Of a DNA stretch of 55,143 nt, positions 1-8,301 are shown piece by piece. Numbering within the stretch: the first letter of the stretch is position 1; every line of letters begins with the position of its first letter. The notes under the pieces are model-generated. The model had not been told where the DNA came from. It made no database searches and worked only from the letters and a program-made list of their open reading frames with translations. The stretch spans positions 1-55,143 of the forward strand of contig CASFTO010000076.1 of NCBI GenBank assembly GCA_949297665.1, written 5' to 3'. This DNA comes from an uncultured Alphaproteobacteria bacterium. Lineage in GTDB: Bacteria; Pseudomonadota; Alphaproteobacteria; RF32; CAG-239. Both the position numbers and the translations under genes were made by a program.

Positions 1-2
1 AA

Positions 3-872
3 GCAGCTAGACACTACAATATTCCGGCAGCAGGCACTATGGCTCACTCTTTTATTATGAGTTACGAAAAAGAACTTGATGCGTTTAAGGCGTATATGCG
101 ACACAATCCATCTAATACCACTTTATTGGTTGATACATATGATACAAGACAAGGTATCCAAAATGCTATTCAAGCCTCACTTGATACAAAAATTCCGCTT
201 ATGGGTATTCGTATTGATTCCGGCGATTTGGCTTATTGGGGAAAAGAGGCGCGTCGGATGCTGGATGATGCAGGTTTTAACAAAACAAAACTGGTGGCTT
301 CCAATGATTTGGACGAGCATTTAATTGAAAATCTATTGTTGGTTCAGAAAGCACCTTACGACATTATGGCAGCCGGTACCAAACTGGTTACCGCTTATGA
401 CACCCCTGCCCTTGGTGGTGTTTTCAAAACAAAATCTTATTTAGGTAAGCCTAAAATTAAAGTCGCAGAAGGAAAAACTACTATTCCTGGTGCTACAAAC
501 GTTATCCGTATTGAGAAAAACGGACAATTTAACGGTGACATCATCTGCAAGGCTGAGGACGAAATTATTAAAGACGGAGAAATTTCTCGTAATCTCACTT
601 CGTATACGTTAGGTAGCACTAATCAATCTCGTATTACATTTGCTAAAGGAGAAAAAGCGCATTTACTCTTATCTCCGGTGGTTCGTGATGGAAAAATTAT
701 TGTCGAGCCTGAATTGGATTTACGCCTTCTGCAACAGCGAGGACACACTAATCTGGCAAAATTTGACGAGGCTTATAAAAGACTTGTTAATCCGCATGTT
801 TACGGCGTTGGTTTGGAAGCGGGATTATTTGCTCTGCAACAAAATTTAATTCAGGCGCATCGTACGATGTAA
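3..872 (+). CDS. pncB: Nicotinate phosphoribosyltransferase (5'-truncated by window edge)
   Basis: Frame is open from position 3 (..YNIPAAGTMAHS..); motifs GTMAHS, LVDTYD, GIRIDSGD, SNDLDE; adjacent to nadE. Confidence 0.9.
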   Translation, partial: AARHYNIPAAGTMAHSFIMSYEKELDAFKAYMRHNPSNTTLLVDTYDTRQGIQNAIQASLDTKIPLMGIRIDSGDLAYWGKEARRMLDDAGFNKTKLVASNDLDEHLIENLLLVQKAPYDIMAAGTKLVTAYDTPALGGVFKTKSYLGKPKIKVAEGKTTIPGATNVIRIEKNGQFNGDIICKAEDEIIKDGEISRNLTSYTLGSTNQSRITFAKGEKAHLLLSPVVRDGKIIVEPELDLRLLQQRGHTNLAKFDEAYKRLVNPHVYGVGLEAGLFALQQNLIQAHRTM

Positions 873-891
873 TATTTTAGGAGATTATACT

Positions 892-1671
892 ATGGAAAAT
901 ATTTGGAACAAACTTAAGCTTGGTTTGAGTGATTATTGTCAGAAAAATGGGTTTCATCAAGTTATTTTAGGACTTTCCGGTGGACTTGATTCCGCTATTA
1001 CCGCCGTATTGGCAGCTGATACGCTGGGTGGAAAAAACGTTAAGGCGGTCATGATGAAAACATGCTATACTTCTGATTTAAGCCTTAAAATTGCACGAAA
1101 AATTGCAGAACTCAATCATCTTGATTTTCAAGAACTTGACATTGAACCACTCATTCAAACAGAAACCTCTTTTCTAGAGCAAGCCTTTGATGATGATGTT
1201 AAAGGGCTAACTTTAGAAAATCTACAAGCAAGAATTCGGGGGCAAATTCTTATGGCTTTTTCTAATCAAACCGGCGGATTGGTTTTAGCTTGTGGCAATA
1301 AATCTGAGGCTTTAACCGGTTACTGCACTTTGTATGGTGATACATGTGGAGGTTTGATGCCTATCGGAAATCTCTACAAAACTACTATTTTTGAATTGGC
1401 TAAGTGGCGTAACAGCTTAAATATGGTTCTTCCTGATGAGGTTATTACACGAGCCCCTTCCGCCGAACTTGCCGAAGGACAGAAAGATGAAAACACTCTT
1501 CCGCCTTATGCTGTTTTAGACCGCATTTTGAAACTTATGGTTGATGAGCAAAAATCTGTTGAAGAAATTTGTTCTCTTGGCTTTGAACCTGCAACCGTGC
1601 AACGCGTTCAGCAACTTGTACAACGTTCAGCTTTCAAACGTAAGCAAATGGCGGACGCTTTACCGCTTTAG
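892..1671 (+). CDS. nadE: NAD+ synthetase (synthetase domain only, no glutaminase domain)
   Basis: GLSGGLDS P-loop, ENLQARIRG, GNKSE, GYCTLYGD, PSAEL, FKR motifs; SD AGGAGA upstream. Confidence 0.93.
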   Translation: MENIWNKLKLGLSDYCQKNGFHQVILGLSGGLDSAITAVLAADTLGGKNVKAVMMKTCYTSDLSLKIARKIAELNHLDFQELDIEPLIQTETSFLEQAFDDDVKGLTLENLQARIRGQILMAFSNQTGGLVLACGNKSEALTGYCTLYGDTCGGLMPIGNLYKTTIFELAKWRNSLNMVLPDEVITRAPSAELAEGQKDENTLPPYAVLDRILKLMVDEQKSVEEICSLGFEPATVQRVQQLVQRSAFKRKQMADALPL

Positions 1672-1684
1672 GGCTTCTTATTTC

Positions 1685-1718
1685 AAAAAAGCACCTCCTT
1701 TCATTGGAGGTGCTTGGT
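1685..1718. terminator. Bidirectional intrinsic terminator
   Basis: Stem AAGCACCTCC/GGAGGTGCTT between convergent genes, A-tract on the left. Confidence 0.75.
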
Positions 1719-1719
1719 T

Positions 1720-2568
1720 TTATTCCAGTTCGCTTTTTAGAATTTTCAATGCTTTTAATCCATTCGGAAATCCTATGTATGGCATACATTGTATAATCGC
1801 TGCGGCTACTTCTTCCGGCTTATTTCCGGCTTTTAGACTTCCTTTTATATGGCTTGATAAAGTATCCCAGTTGCCTGAGGTTACCAATATTCCGATAGTC
1901 AGTAATTCTCTGGTTTTCATATCTAGCACGCCTCGAGTGCAAAAATCTCCGAAATATACTTCTGTCAATAAGCGAGCTGCTTCATCGCCCATATTTTTAG
2001 GTAGTCCTTCTAACATGTCCTTTATCTCAGTGCCATACAATGGTTGTTGCAAAGCCAGGCCTTTTTCGTGGCGATTTTCTTCAGTTACTTGGTTTTGATT
2101 TTCTAATGGTAATTTAATTCCATTTTCGGTAAACACCTCATTTATCGTATTGAGTGCGTTTAATGTTTTCGGAAACCCTATAAATGGAGCACACTGATAT
2201 ACGGCCTCTCTTAACTCCAATGGTGTCACCCCGACATTTAACGCAGCTTGAGCATGCGCTTTTAACTGCGGTAATGTTTGTTGCGTGCTTAAAGATATAA
2301 CCGTCAACATCTCTCTGGTTTTCATATCCAATTCACCAATGGTGAAAACTTCTCCGAATATATATTTTTGCAAAATTTGCATCATTTCCGGATCTGTTCC
2401 CGTATTGGTTAAGGCTTCTCCGTTAAATAAGGTACGAAAATTTCTTTTACATATCTCGGTTCTATTCATATTATTTTCTCCCAATGTTTGATTTGCCGCT
2501 TGTGTTGAAAATGATGCAAACATCATTATACCTAAGGCGACACCGTATAATACCCTATGTTTACGCAT
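1720..2568 (-). CDS. Carboxymuconolactone decarboxylase (CMD/AhpD-like) family protein with two CMD domains and a signal-peptide-like N-terminus
   Basis: Duplicated motif LDMKTRE(M/L)LT ... H...(A/S)L..G...E ... QC.P(F/Y)IGFP. Confidence 0.85.
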   Translation of the reverse strand: MRKHRVLYGVALGIMMFASFSTQAANQTLGENNMNRTEICKRNFRTLFNGEALTNTGTDPEMMQILQKYIFGEVFTIGELDMKTREMLTVISLSTQQTLPQLKAHAQAALNVGVTPLELREAVYQCAPFIGFPKTLNALNTINEVFTENGIKLPLENQNQVTEENRHEKGLALQQPLYGTEIKDMLEGLPKNMGDEAARLLTEVYFGDFCTRGVLDMKTRELLTIGILVTSGNWDTLSSHIKGSLKAGNKPEEVAAAIIQCMPYIGFPNGLKALKILKSELE

Positions 2569-3043
2569 GTTCTATTCCTACCTTTTGCTTTATTATCTCT
2601 ACGACTGTTTTTTCATCATCTTCTGATAAAATCCCATACAACGGAACAGCAAACGGAGTAAATTCGCCATTGTGTTTTTGTAAAAAATTGTAGTGATAAT
2701 CTATATTCTCTTTAGGATGTAAAATCAGAACTTTGTATTTTTTTAAGCAACAACAAACCTCTTTTTCTTCAATGCTCTTTATATCAGACCACTTCAACTT
2801 ATCACTTAAATCTAATTTTATCCCCTCTTCATCCACCATAATAGCTTGATGTTTGAGGATGTATTTCCAAATCCACCCCAGCCAAGAAATCACACATAAA
2901 CCTATCAAAATTTGTGTTTGTATCCAATATAGCAGGCATACACACTTAATGCTCCAGTAGCTTAAGGTTATGGTTAATGCCAAATTTAAAATCAGCCACG
3001 CATTTACCTTATTAAATTTATAGTAAAATATTTGTTTTTCCAT
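2561..3043 (-). CDS. Hypothetical membrane protein (2 TM plus PH-like beta domain)
   Basis: Two hydrophobic segments, then VDEEGI...LKWSDIKSI; SD GGGAGA; overlaps the CMD gene start. Confidence 0.7.
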   Translation of the reverse strand: MEKQIFYYKFNKVNAWLILNLALTITLSYWSIKCVCLLYWIQTQILIGLCVISWLGWIWKYILKHQAIMVDEEGIKLDLSDKLKWSDIKSIEEKEVCCCLKKYKVLILHPKENIDYHYNFLQKHNGEFTPFAVPLYGILSEDDEKTVVEIIKQKVGIEHA

Positions 3044-3185
3044 TATTTTCTCTCCCTTGTTATCGATTCTGATTTTAGTGTAACTCTTAGAGTTTGCTCT
3101 AAGTCAAGTATTTTCTTATAATTTCTTTGCTTGCTTCTTTCTTTTTCTATGTTATGCTGTTTTACAAATTATAGGATGTTTTCAT

Positions 3186-3746
3186 ATGCTCTATTCAACA
3201 ACATACATTTCACCTTTAGGAACACTCTTTTTAGAAAGCGACGAAACTCATATAATCGGTTTGAGAAATAATTATTGGAGACAACATTCTAAAACTTTTC
3301 ATCCATCTTTTCCTGATGGTTCAACACTTACATGTATGCAACAAGCTAAAAATTGGTTAGATATTTATTTTTCAGGACAAAAACCTGATTTTACTCCTCC
3401 ATTATCTCTTTTGGGTTCAGATTTTCAAAAACAAGTTTGGCGATTGTTGCTTGATATTCCTTACGGAACTCTTATAACTTATGGTGAAATTGCAAAGAAA
3501 ATTGCGCAAATACGCCATTTAAAATCTATGTCTGCACAAGCTGTCGGTGGGGCGGTTGGCGCTAATCCGATTGCGATTATTATTCCATGCCATAGAGTTA
3601 TTGGTAAAAATAATAGTCTTGTAGGGTTTGGCGGTGGTTTAAAGTTTAAATCTAAACTATTGGAATTAGAAAATATTTCCACACAATCTTTGATTATACC
3701 TAAAAACAGTCGTTTTCTTGAAACTTCGTCTGATGCCTTTGATTAA
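3186..3746 (+). CDS. ogt: Methylated-DNA--protein-cysteine methyltransferase
   Basis: FQKQVW, IPYG..TYGEIA, AVGGAVGANP, active-site PCHRV. Confidence 0.93.
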   Translation: MLYSTTYISPLGTLFLESDETHIIGLRNNYWRQHSKTFHPSFPDGSTLTCMQQAKNWLDIYFSGQKPDFTPPLSLLGSDFQKQVWRLLLDIPYGTLITYGEIAKKIAQIRHLKSMSAQAVGGAVGANPIAIIIPCHRVIGKNNSLVGFGGGLKFKSKLLELENISTQSLIIPKNSRFLETSSDAFD

Positions 3747-3781
3747 ACGACATAAATCTTTTATTTTGCTTAAAAGAATTA

Positions 3782-3810
3782 TTGACATCTGTAAAACCTT
3801 ATTATATGCT
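3782..3810 (+). promoter_or_regulatory. Sigma70-type promoter
   Basis: TTGACA-N17-TATGCT, 45 bp upstream of the ATG at 3855. Confidence 0.65.
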
Positions 3811-3854
3811 GTAAAGCGTGTTTAATGTATTTGAGGTAGTTCAAAAATAATCAT

Positions 3855-5186
3855 ATGAGTCCCGTTTATGGATATATCTTTAATTTATTTTTAGTTTTAT
3901 TTTTAGTTTTTTGTAATGCTTTTTTCGTTGTTTCTGAATTTGCGATTGTAAAAATCCGTCGCACTAAACTTGAAGAGTTGGCGCACGGAGGTAATAAATC
4001 TGCAAAAATCGCCCTAAAAATTAACGAACATATGAACACTTATCTAAGTGCAATTCAACTTGGTATTACTCTTGCCTCGTTGGGCTTAGGTTGGTTGGGT
4101 GAACCGGCAGTTTCGCGCTTGTTGGAAGATTTGTTCTCCGGTTTCTTTGCCGATAATAAAATCTTATTGCACTCTTTAAGTTTTGGTATTGCCTTTACCT
4201 TTATTACTTTATTGCACGTTGTGTTTGGTGAATTGGTGCCAAAGTCTATGGCTATTCAAGATACAGAACGCTATGCTTTGATTATTGCTCGTCCGCTCTA
4301 TACTTTTAATAAAATCTTTGCTCCGTTCATTTGGGTTTTTGACCATGTTACTATGTGGATTTTGAAACTTATGGGCGTTAAACAAGCTGACGAAAATGAA
4401 GATGCTCACTCCGAAGAAGAAATCAAATTAATTATTGATGCTTCGCAAAAAGGCGGCGTGATTGATGATACTGAAAGCGAAATTATCCAAAACGCTATCT
4501 GCTTTTCCGAAATTTCCGCTCACGAAATTATGATTCCTCGTCAGGAAATGAAATGTATTTATCAAAACAGCAGCTATAACGAAATTATGGAATTTGTTAA
4601 ACAACATAAACACACTCGTTTTCCGCTTTGCAATGGTGATAAAGACCAAATTATCGGTATGATTCATATTCGTGATTTGTTGGAGTGCAAAAACTCTCCG
4701 CACAAAGATATTTTGAGCAAAATTGTTCGTAATATTTTGTTTGTACCGGAAAATAAATCCATTTCAGAAATTTTACATGAAATGATGAAGAAGCGCATTC
4801 ATCTGGCCGTGGTTGTTGATGAATATGGCGGAACTGCAGGGCTTCTTTCTATGGAAGATATTTTGGAAGAGTTGGTTGGGGATATTCAAGATGAACATGA
4901 TGAAATCACAGATACTCCGGTTAAAAAAATCAATGAGAAAGTTTGTGAATTTGATGGTTTATACCTTGTTGAAGATGCCTACGATTGCTTAGAATTGCCT
5001 TATTGTGAACATGAAGAAAGCACTATGGGAGGATACGTTTTCAATCTTCTTGGGCGCGAACCGGTTGTCGGTGATCAGACCGAAGATGATTATTGTATCT
5101 ACGAAGTTCTTGAAGTTGATAATATGAGAATTACGCGTGTTAAAGCAACTGTTAAGGAATCTTGTGCTATGATTAGTGCAGAATAA
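3855..5186 (+). CDS. Hemolysin/CNNM-family protein (DUF21-CBS-CBS-CorC/HlyC), putative Mg/Co transport
   Basis: NAFFVVSEFAIV, QLGITLASLGLGWLGEP, GELVPKS, HSEEE, VVDEYGGTAG...EDILEELVGDIQDEHD. Confidence 0.92.
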   Translation: MSPVYGYIFNLFLVLFLVFCNAFFVVSEFAIVKIRRTKLEELAHGGNKSAKIALKINEHMNTYLSAIQLGITLASLGLGWLGEPAVSRLLEDLFSGFFADNKILLHSLSFGIAFTFITLLHVVFGELVPKSMAIQDTERYALIIARPLYTFNKIFAPFIWVFDHVTMWILKLMGVKQADENEDAHSEEEIKLIIDASQKGGVIDDTESEIIQNAICFSEISAHEIMIPRQEMKCIYQNSSYNEIMEFVKQHKHTRFPLCNGDKDQIIGMIHIRDLLECKNSPHKDILSKIVRNILFVPENKSISEILHEMMKKRIHLAVVVDEYGGTAGLLSMEDILEELVGDIQDEHDEITDTPVKKINEKVCEFDGLYLVEDAYDCLELPYCEHEESTMGGYVFNLLGREPVVGDQTEDDYCIYEVLEVDNMRITRVKATVKESCAMISAE

Positions 5187-5213
5187 AGTTTATGTTTCTG
5201 CAATCGTGGAGGG

Positions 5214-5756
5214 ATGATGATGCACTATAAGTCTGTGGGTATTTTAGCATTGGGAGCATTGGGGGTTCTTATTTCAAATGCTTTGGCTGTCGATAATGTT
5301 AAGACCAAAATGAAATACGGCGCTGAACGTTCTGCCATAGGGCAGATTAAAGCGACAATCGTTGCGCCGGTTTCCGCAACATCATCCAACGATTTACGCT
5401 TTGGTATGATTGTAAAAAATAATGCGGGCGATGTTACCGTTGATGAAGAAGGGAATCGGACAACAACCGGCCCAGGCTTGGCTACAAGCGGTTATTCTGC
5501 AGGCTCTATTCAACTAAGAGGACCTCGCGCGCAAGCTGTTTCTGTCGATATTCCCGAAGCGCATATTTATAATAACGATGATAACACCGTTAATGTGCAT
5601 TCTTTTACAACTAATCAAGATAACAGTAAGCTGATTACTCTAGATGCACAAAACGGCAAAGCCGATATTGATGTGGGTGCTTCGCTTAATATTTCTGATA
5701 CAGATACTCAAGGCGGGGCGCGTATGGGCGTTTATCGCGTACAGACTTCTTATTAG
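5214..5756 (+). CDS. DUF4402-type secreted pilin-like subunit (putative minor)
   Basis: Signal peptide; KATIVAPVS..DLRFG, VGASLNI, C-terminal Y; paralogous to the next two genes. Confidence 0.75.
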   Translation: MMMHYKSVGILALGALGVLISNALAVDNVKTKMKYGAERSAIGQIKATIVAPVSATSSNDLRFGMIVKNNAGDVTVDEEGNRTTTGPGLATSGYSAGSIQLRGPRAQAVSVDIPEAHIYNNDDNTVNVHSFTTNQDNSKLITLDAQNGKADIDVGASLNISDTDTQGGARMGVYRVQTSY

Positions 5757-5855
5757 GTAAAATATTTCCTTTTCTTTTGTTTTTTAAACTTATTTTTAAC
5801 ATTTTTTCTTTATAGTTACAGGTGAAATTATTTATTGCTTTTAGGGGAAAATGTT

Positions 5856-6359
5856 ATGAAAATGAATTTACTTTTAACGGTTGCCGTTTCCGTATTAGCT
5901 CTGGGCAGCTCGTCAGCTTTGGCTGCACAAGCAACAGGAAACGGAACTGTTACTGCGAAGATTGTTGCTCCGGTTAGTATTACGCAAGACCAAGGGCTTG
6001 ATTTTGGCACTATGATCTCACCTAGTAGTGCGACAACGGTAACCATTGCAGCCAGCAACGGAGCTCGTTCGTCATCTGATCCATCAATTTTGGTCGGAAC
6101 AAGTGAAGGTGCTGCCGGTAGTTTTGAAATTACTGGAGCAGATGGTCAAAGTGTTAATGTTACTTTGCCAAGTCAGGTTAAATTAACAGGTACCCCGGAT
6201 GGGGAGATGACTGTGGATAATTTTGTTTCTAATAAGGGGACCACGTTTACTCTTGAGGGAGGATCAGCTATAATGCAAGTTGGTGCTGATTTGAATGTCG
6301 GAGCAAGTCAAGCAGAAGGTGATTATTCTGGATCTTACGAGGTTACGGTCAGTTACTAA
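5856..6359 (+). CDS. DUF4402-type secreted pilin-like subunit (putative major)
   Basis: SD AGGGGA; signal peptide ..ALA-A; TAKIVAPVSI..GLDFG, VGADLNV, GDYSGSYEVTVSY end; rich in G/S/T/A. Confidence 0.8.
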   Translation: MKMNLLLTVAVSVLALGSSSALAAQATGNGTVTAKIVAPVSITQDQGLDFGTMISPSSATTVTIAASNGARSSSDPSILVGTSEGAAGSFEITGADGQSVNVTLPSQVKLTGTPDGEMTVDNFVSNKGTTFTLEGGSAIMQVGADLNVGASQAEGDYSGSYEVTVSY

Positions 6360-6391
6360 TTTTGATTTAGTTTATTATTAGGTTGTTGCAA

Positions 6392-6548
6392 AAAAAATGA
6401 CCCTTTTTTATCAATATAAATAGATTTCTCCCCAAAGCAATTAAGATTAATTTTTTATTAACAAGAATAACTACTTATTCTAATTGACTTAAAATCACTT
6501 TCTAAACTGTTTCAACGAGACCCTGCTGATAAAAAAGGGTCGTTTTTT
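6392..6548. repeat. 22-bp inverted repeat pair (6392-6413 and 6527-6548) flanking a 113-bp spacer
   Basis: AAAAAATGACCCTTTTTTATCA versus TGATAAAAAAGGGTCGTTTTTT: 21/22 complementary, the mismatch being a U-G wobble on the + strand. Confidence 0.9.
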
Positions 6549-6558
6549 GTGTGTCGAT

Positions 6559-7500
6559 ATGTTTAGAAAATGTGTTAGTTTTTTTATATTTTGTGCCTTT
6601 TTTAAAGCCTCTGTCGCGTGGGCGGCTGTCGGTACGTCTGTATTACAGAATATAAATTTTGGGACCTATATTCAAACAAATAATGTTTCCAATGTTGTGC
6701 TTTCGACAGATAATAATATCAATTACTCCTCTTTAACGTCCGTTTCATCGGGAAATTCCGGTTTAATTAATTTTCAGGGTGATATTGATGATTCTGCTAT
6801 CGGACAATCTGAAAATATTACTATTCAGGATATTGGGCAAATTACGTTTCCTGATGCAAATGGTTGTACAATTACTTTATCTAATCTAACAGCCAACCCT
6901 AGTACTTTTCAGTTTTCTCGTGAAGGAGGTTGGTATGGGACTTCTCAAGATGTCTATTTCGGAGCGACAATCTCGATTGAAGGTTTTTGCAAAGAGGGAC
7001 AATATAATACTACAGTTGCATTACCTTTTGAGGTTTATCGACATGGCCTTATCGGTGGTGGTGAAACTACTACAGAATATGTTTCCCTTACCTTTTCTGT
7101 TGCTTTTCAGGATATTATCGGCATTACAAAAAAAGCTGATTTAGACTTTGGCTCAATGATTTCTCCTTCGTCCGATGTTACAGTTAATGTTTCCTATAAT
7201 GGACAGAGATCATCATCCGGAAATATTTTTTTATTAAATGACACACCTGTTTCAGCTGCCCTTTTTACAATCGATGGACAAGTCGGAAGAACAGTTTATC
7301 TCGAACTTCCAAGTGATGTTCTTATCTATAATGACCAGGGCAGTTCTTTGACTGTGAATAATTTTGAATCCAGTACAGGTAAAACTTTTGTTTTAGATGC
7401 AGGTTCAGTTGATGCTTATATCGGTGCGACATTAAATGTTATCGGAAATGCTGATGCAGGTGAATATTCCGGTACTTATACGGTGAGGGTTTCTTATTAG
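6559..7500 (+). CDS. Two-domain DUF4402-type protein, putative tip adhesin
   Basis: Signal peptide ..AWA-A; N-domain with a Cys pair (INFG...FGATISI); C-domain DLDFGSMISPSS...GEYSGTYTVRVSY closely similar to the 5856 subunit. Confidence 0.75.
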   Translation: MFRKCVSFFIFCAFFKASVAWAAVGTSVLQNINFGTYIQTNNVSNVVLSTDNNINYSSLTSVSSGNSGLINFQGDIDDSAIGQSENITIQDIGQITFPDANGCTITLSNLTANPSTFQFSREGGWYGTSQDVYFGATISIEGFCKEGQYNTTVALPFEVYRHGLIGGGETTTEYVSLTFSVAFQDIIGITKKADLDFGSMISPSSDVTVNVSYNGQRSSSGNIFLLNDTPVSAALFTIDGQVGRTVYLELPSDVLIYNDQGSSLTVNNFESSTGKTFVLDAGSVDAYIGATLNVIGNADAGEYSGTYTVRVSY

Positions 7501-7521
7501 TGGTTTGAAAGGAAGGCTATT

Positions 7522-8301
7522 ATGATTAAAAAAATTATAAAACTTAATTTATTGTTGATGCTTATTCCTCAGTTGGTTTGGGCGAATATTTCCGTCTTTC
7601 CGTATAGTATCGATTTTGATGCTAATTCTAATAAACGCGTCCAAAATATTCGTATTATAAATACTTCTCAAGAAACGCAAACTTATCGCGTCTCCTTTGT
7701 GAATTTTACACAAGATGATAATGGAAAACTTACTGAAGTAAAAGAAAATTCTCCCTTTTACGCTGATAAATATTTGTCGTGGTCGCCACGTCAGTTTACT
7801 CTGAAACCTAATGAAGTGCAAACTATCAATGTTGCTCGAAAAAGTTTGGCGCAGGCTCCTGACGGCGAATTTGTTTCTCACTTGAAAGTGAGCGAGGTTC
7901 TATTGGGGGCTCCTAAAATCAAAAATAAAGAAGGATCTCAATCTGATACGATATCTATGCAACTGCGCGCTCTGTTTGCTATTACTATCCCTGTTACAAT
8001 TACTAAAGGGGATAATCTCTATAGCAAAACTGAGGTGCTTAGCTATAAGTTGCTCCCTGATAATAAACTTAATATCGTTTTCAAACGGTTGGGTAATAAA
8101 TCCTCGCGCTTTAACGTTGTTATTGCTGACGAAAAAGATAAAAATATCGGACGCGTCAATGGTATAAAAATCTATATGTCGACAGATACTCTTTCTGTTA
8201 ACATACCTTTAGATAAAAATGCTCAAACTCATAATGCGGTCTTGAAATTGGAAGATGCTAAAACGAAAGAAGAAATATTGCGGAAGGCTTTACATATTTA
8301 G
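7522..8301 (+). CDS. Periplasmic fimbrial chaperone (PapD-like fold)
   Basis: Signal peptide; ISVFP, IRIINT...TYRVSF, SPRQFTLKPNEVQTI, DGEF.SHL, ITIPVTI, RLGN.S. Confidence 0.82.
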   Translation: MIKKIIKLNLLLMLIPQLVWANISVFPYSIDFDANSNKRVQNIRIINTSQETQTYRVSFVNFTQDDNGKLTEVKENSPFYADKYLSWSPRQFTLKPNEVQTINVARKSLAQAPDGEFVSHLKVSEVLLGAPKIKNKEGSQSDTISMQLRALFAITIPVTITKGDNLYSKTEVLSYKLLPDNKLNIVFKRLGNKSSRFNVVIADEKDKNIGRVNGIKIYMSTDTLSVNIPLDKNAQTHNAVLKLEDAKTKEEILRKALHI

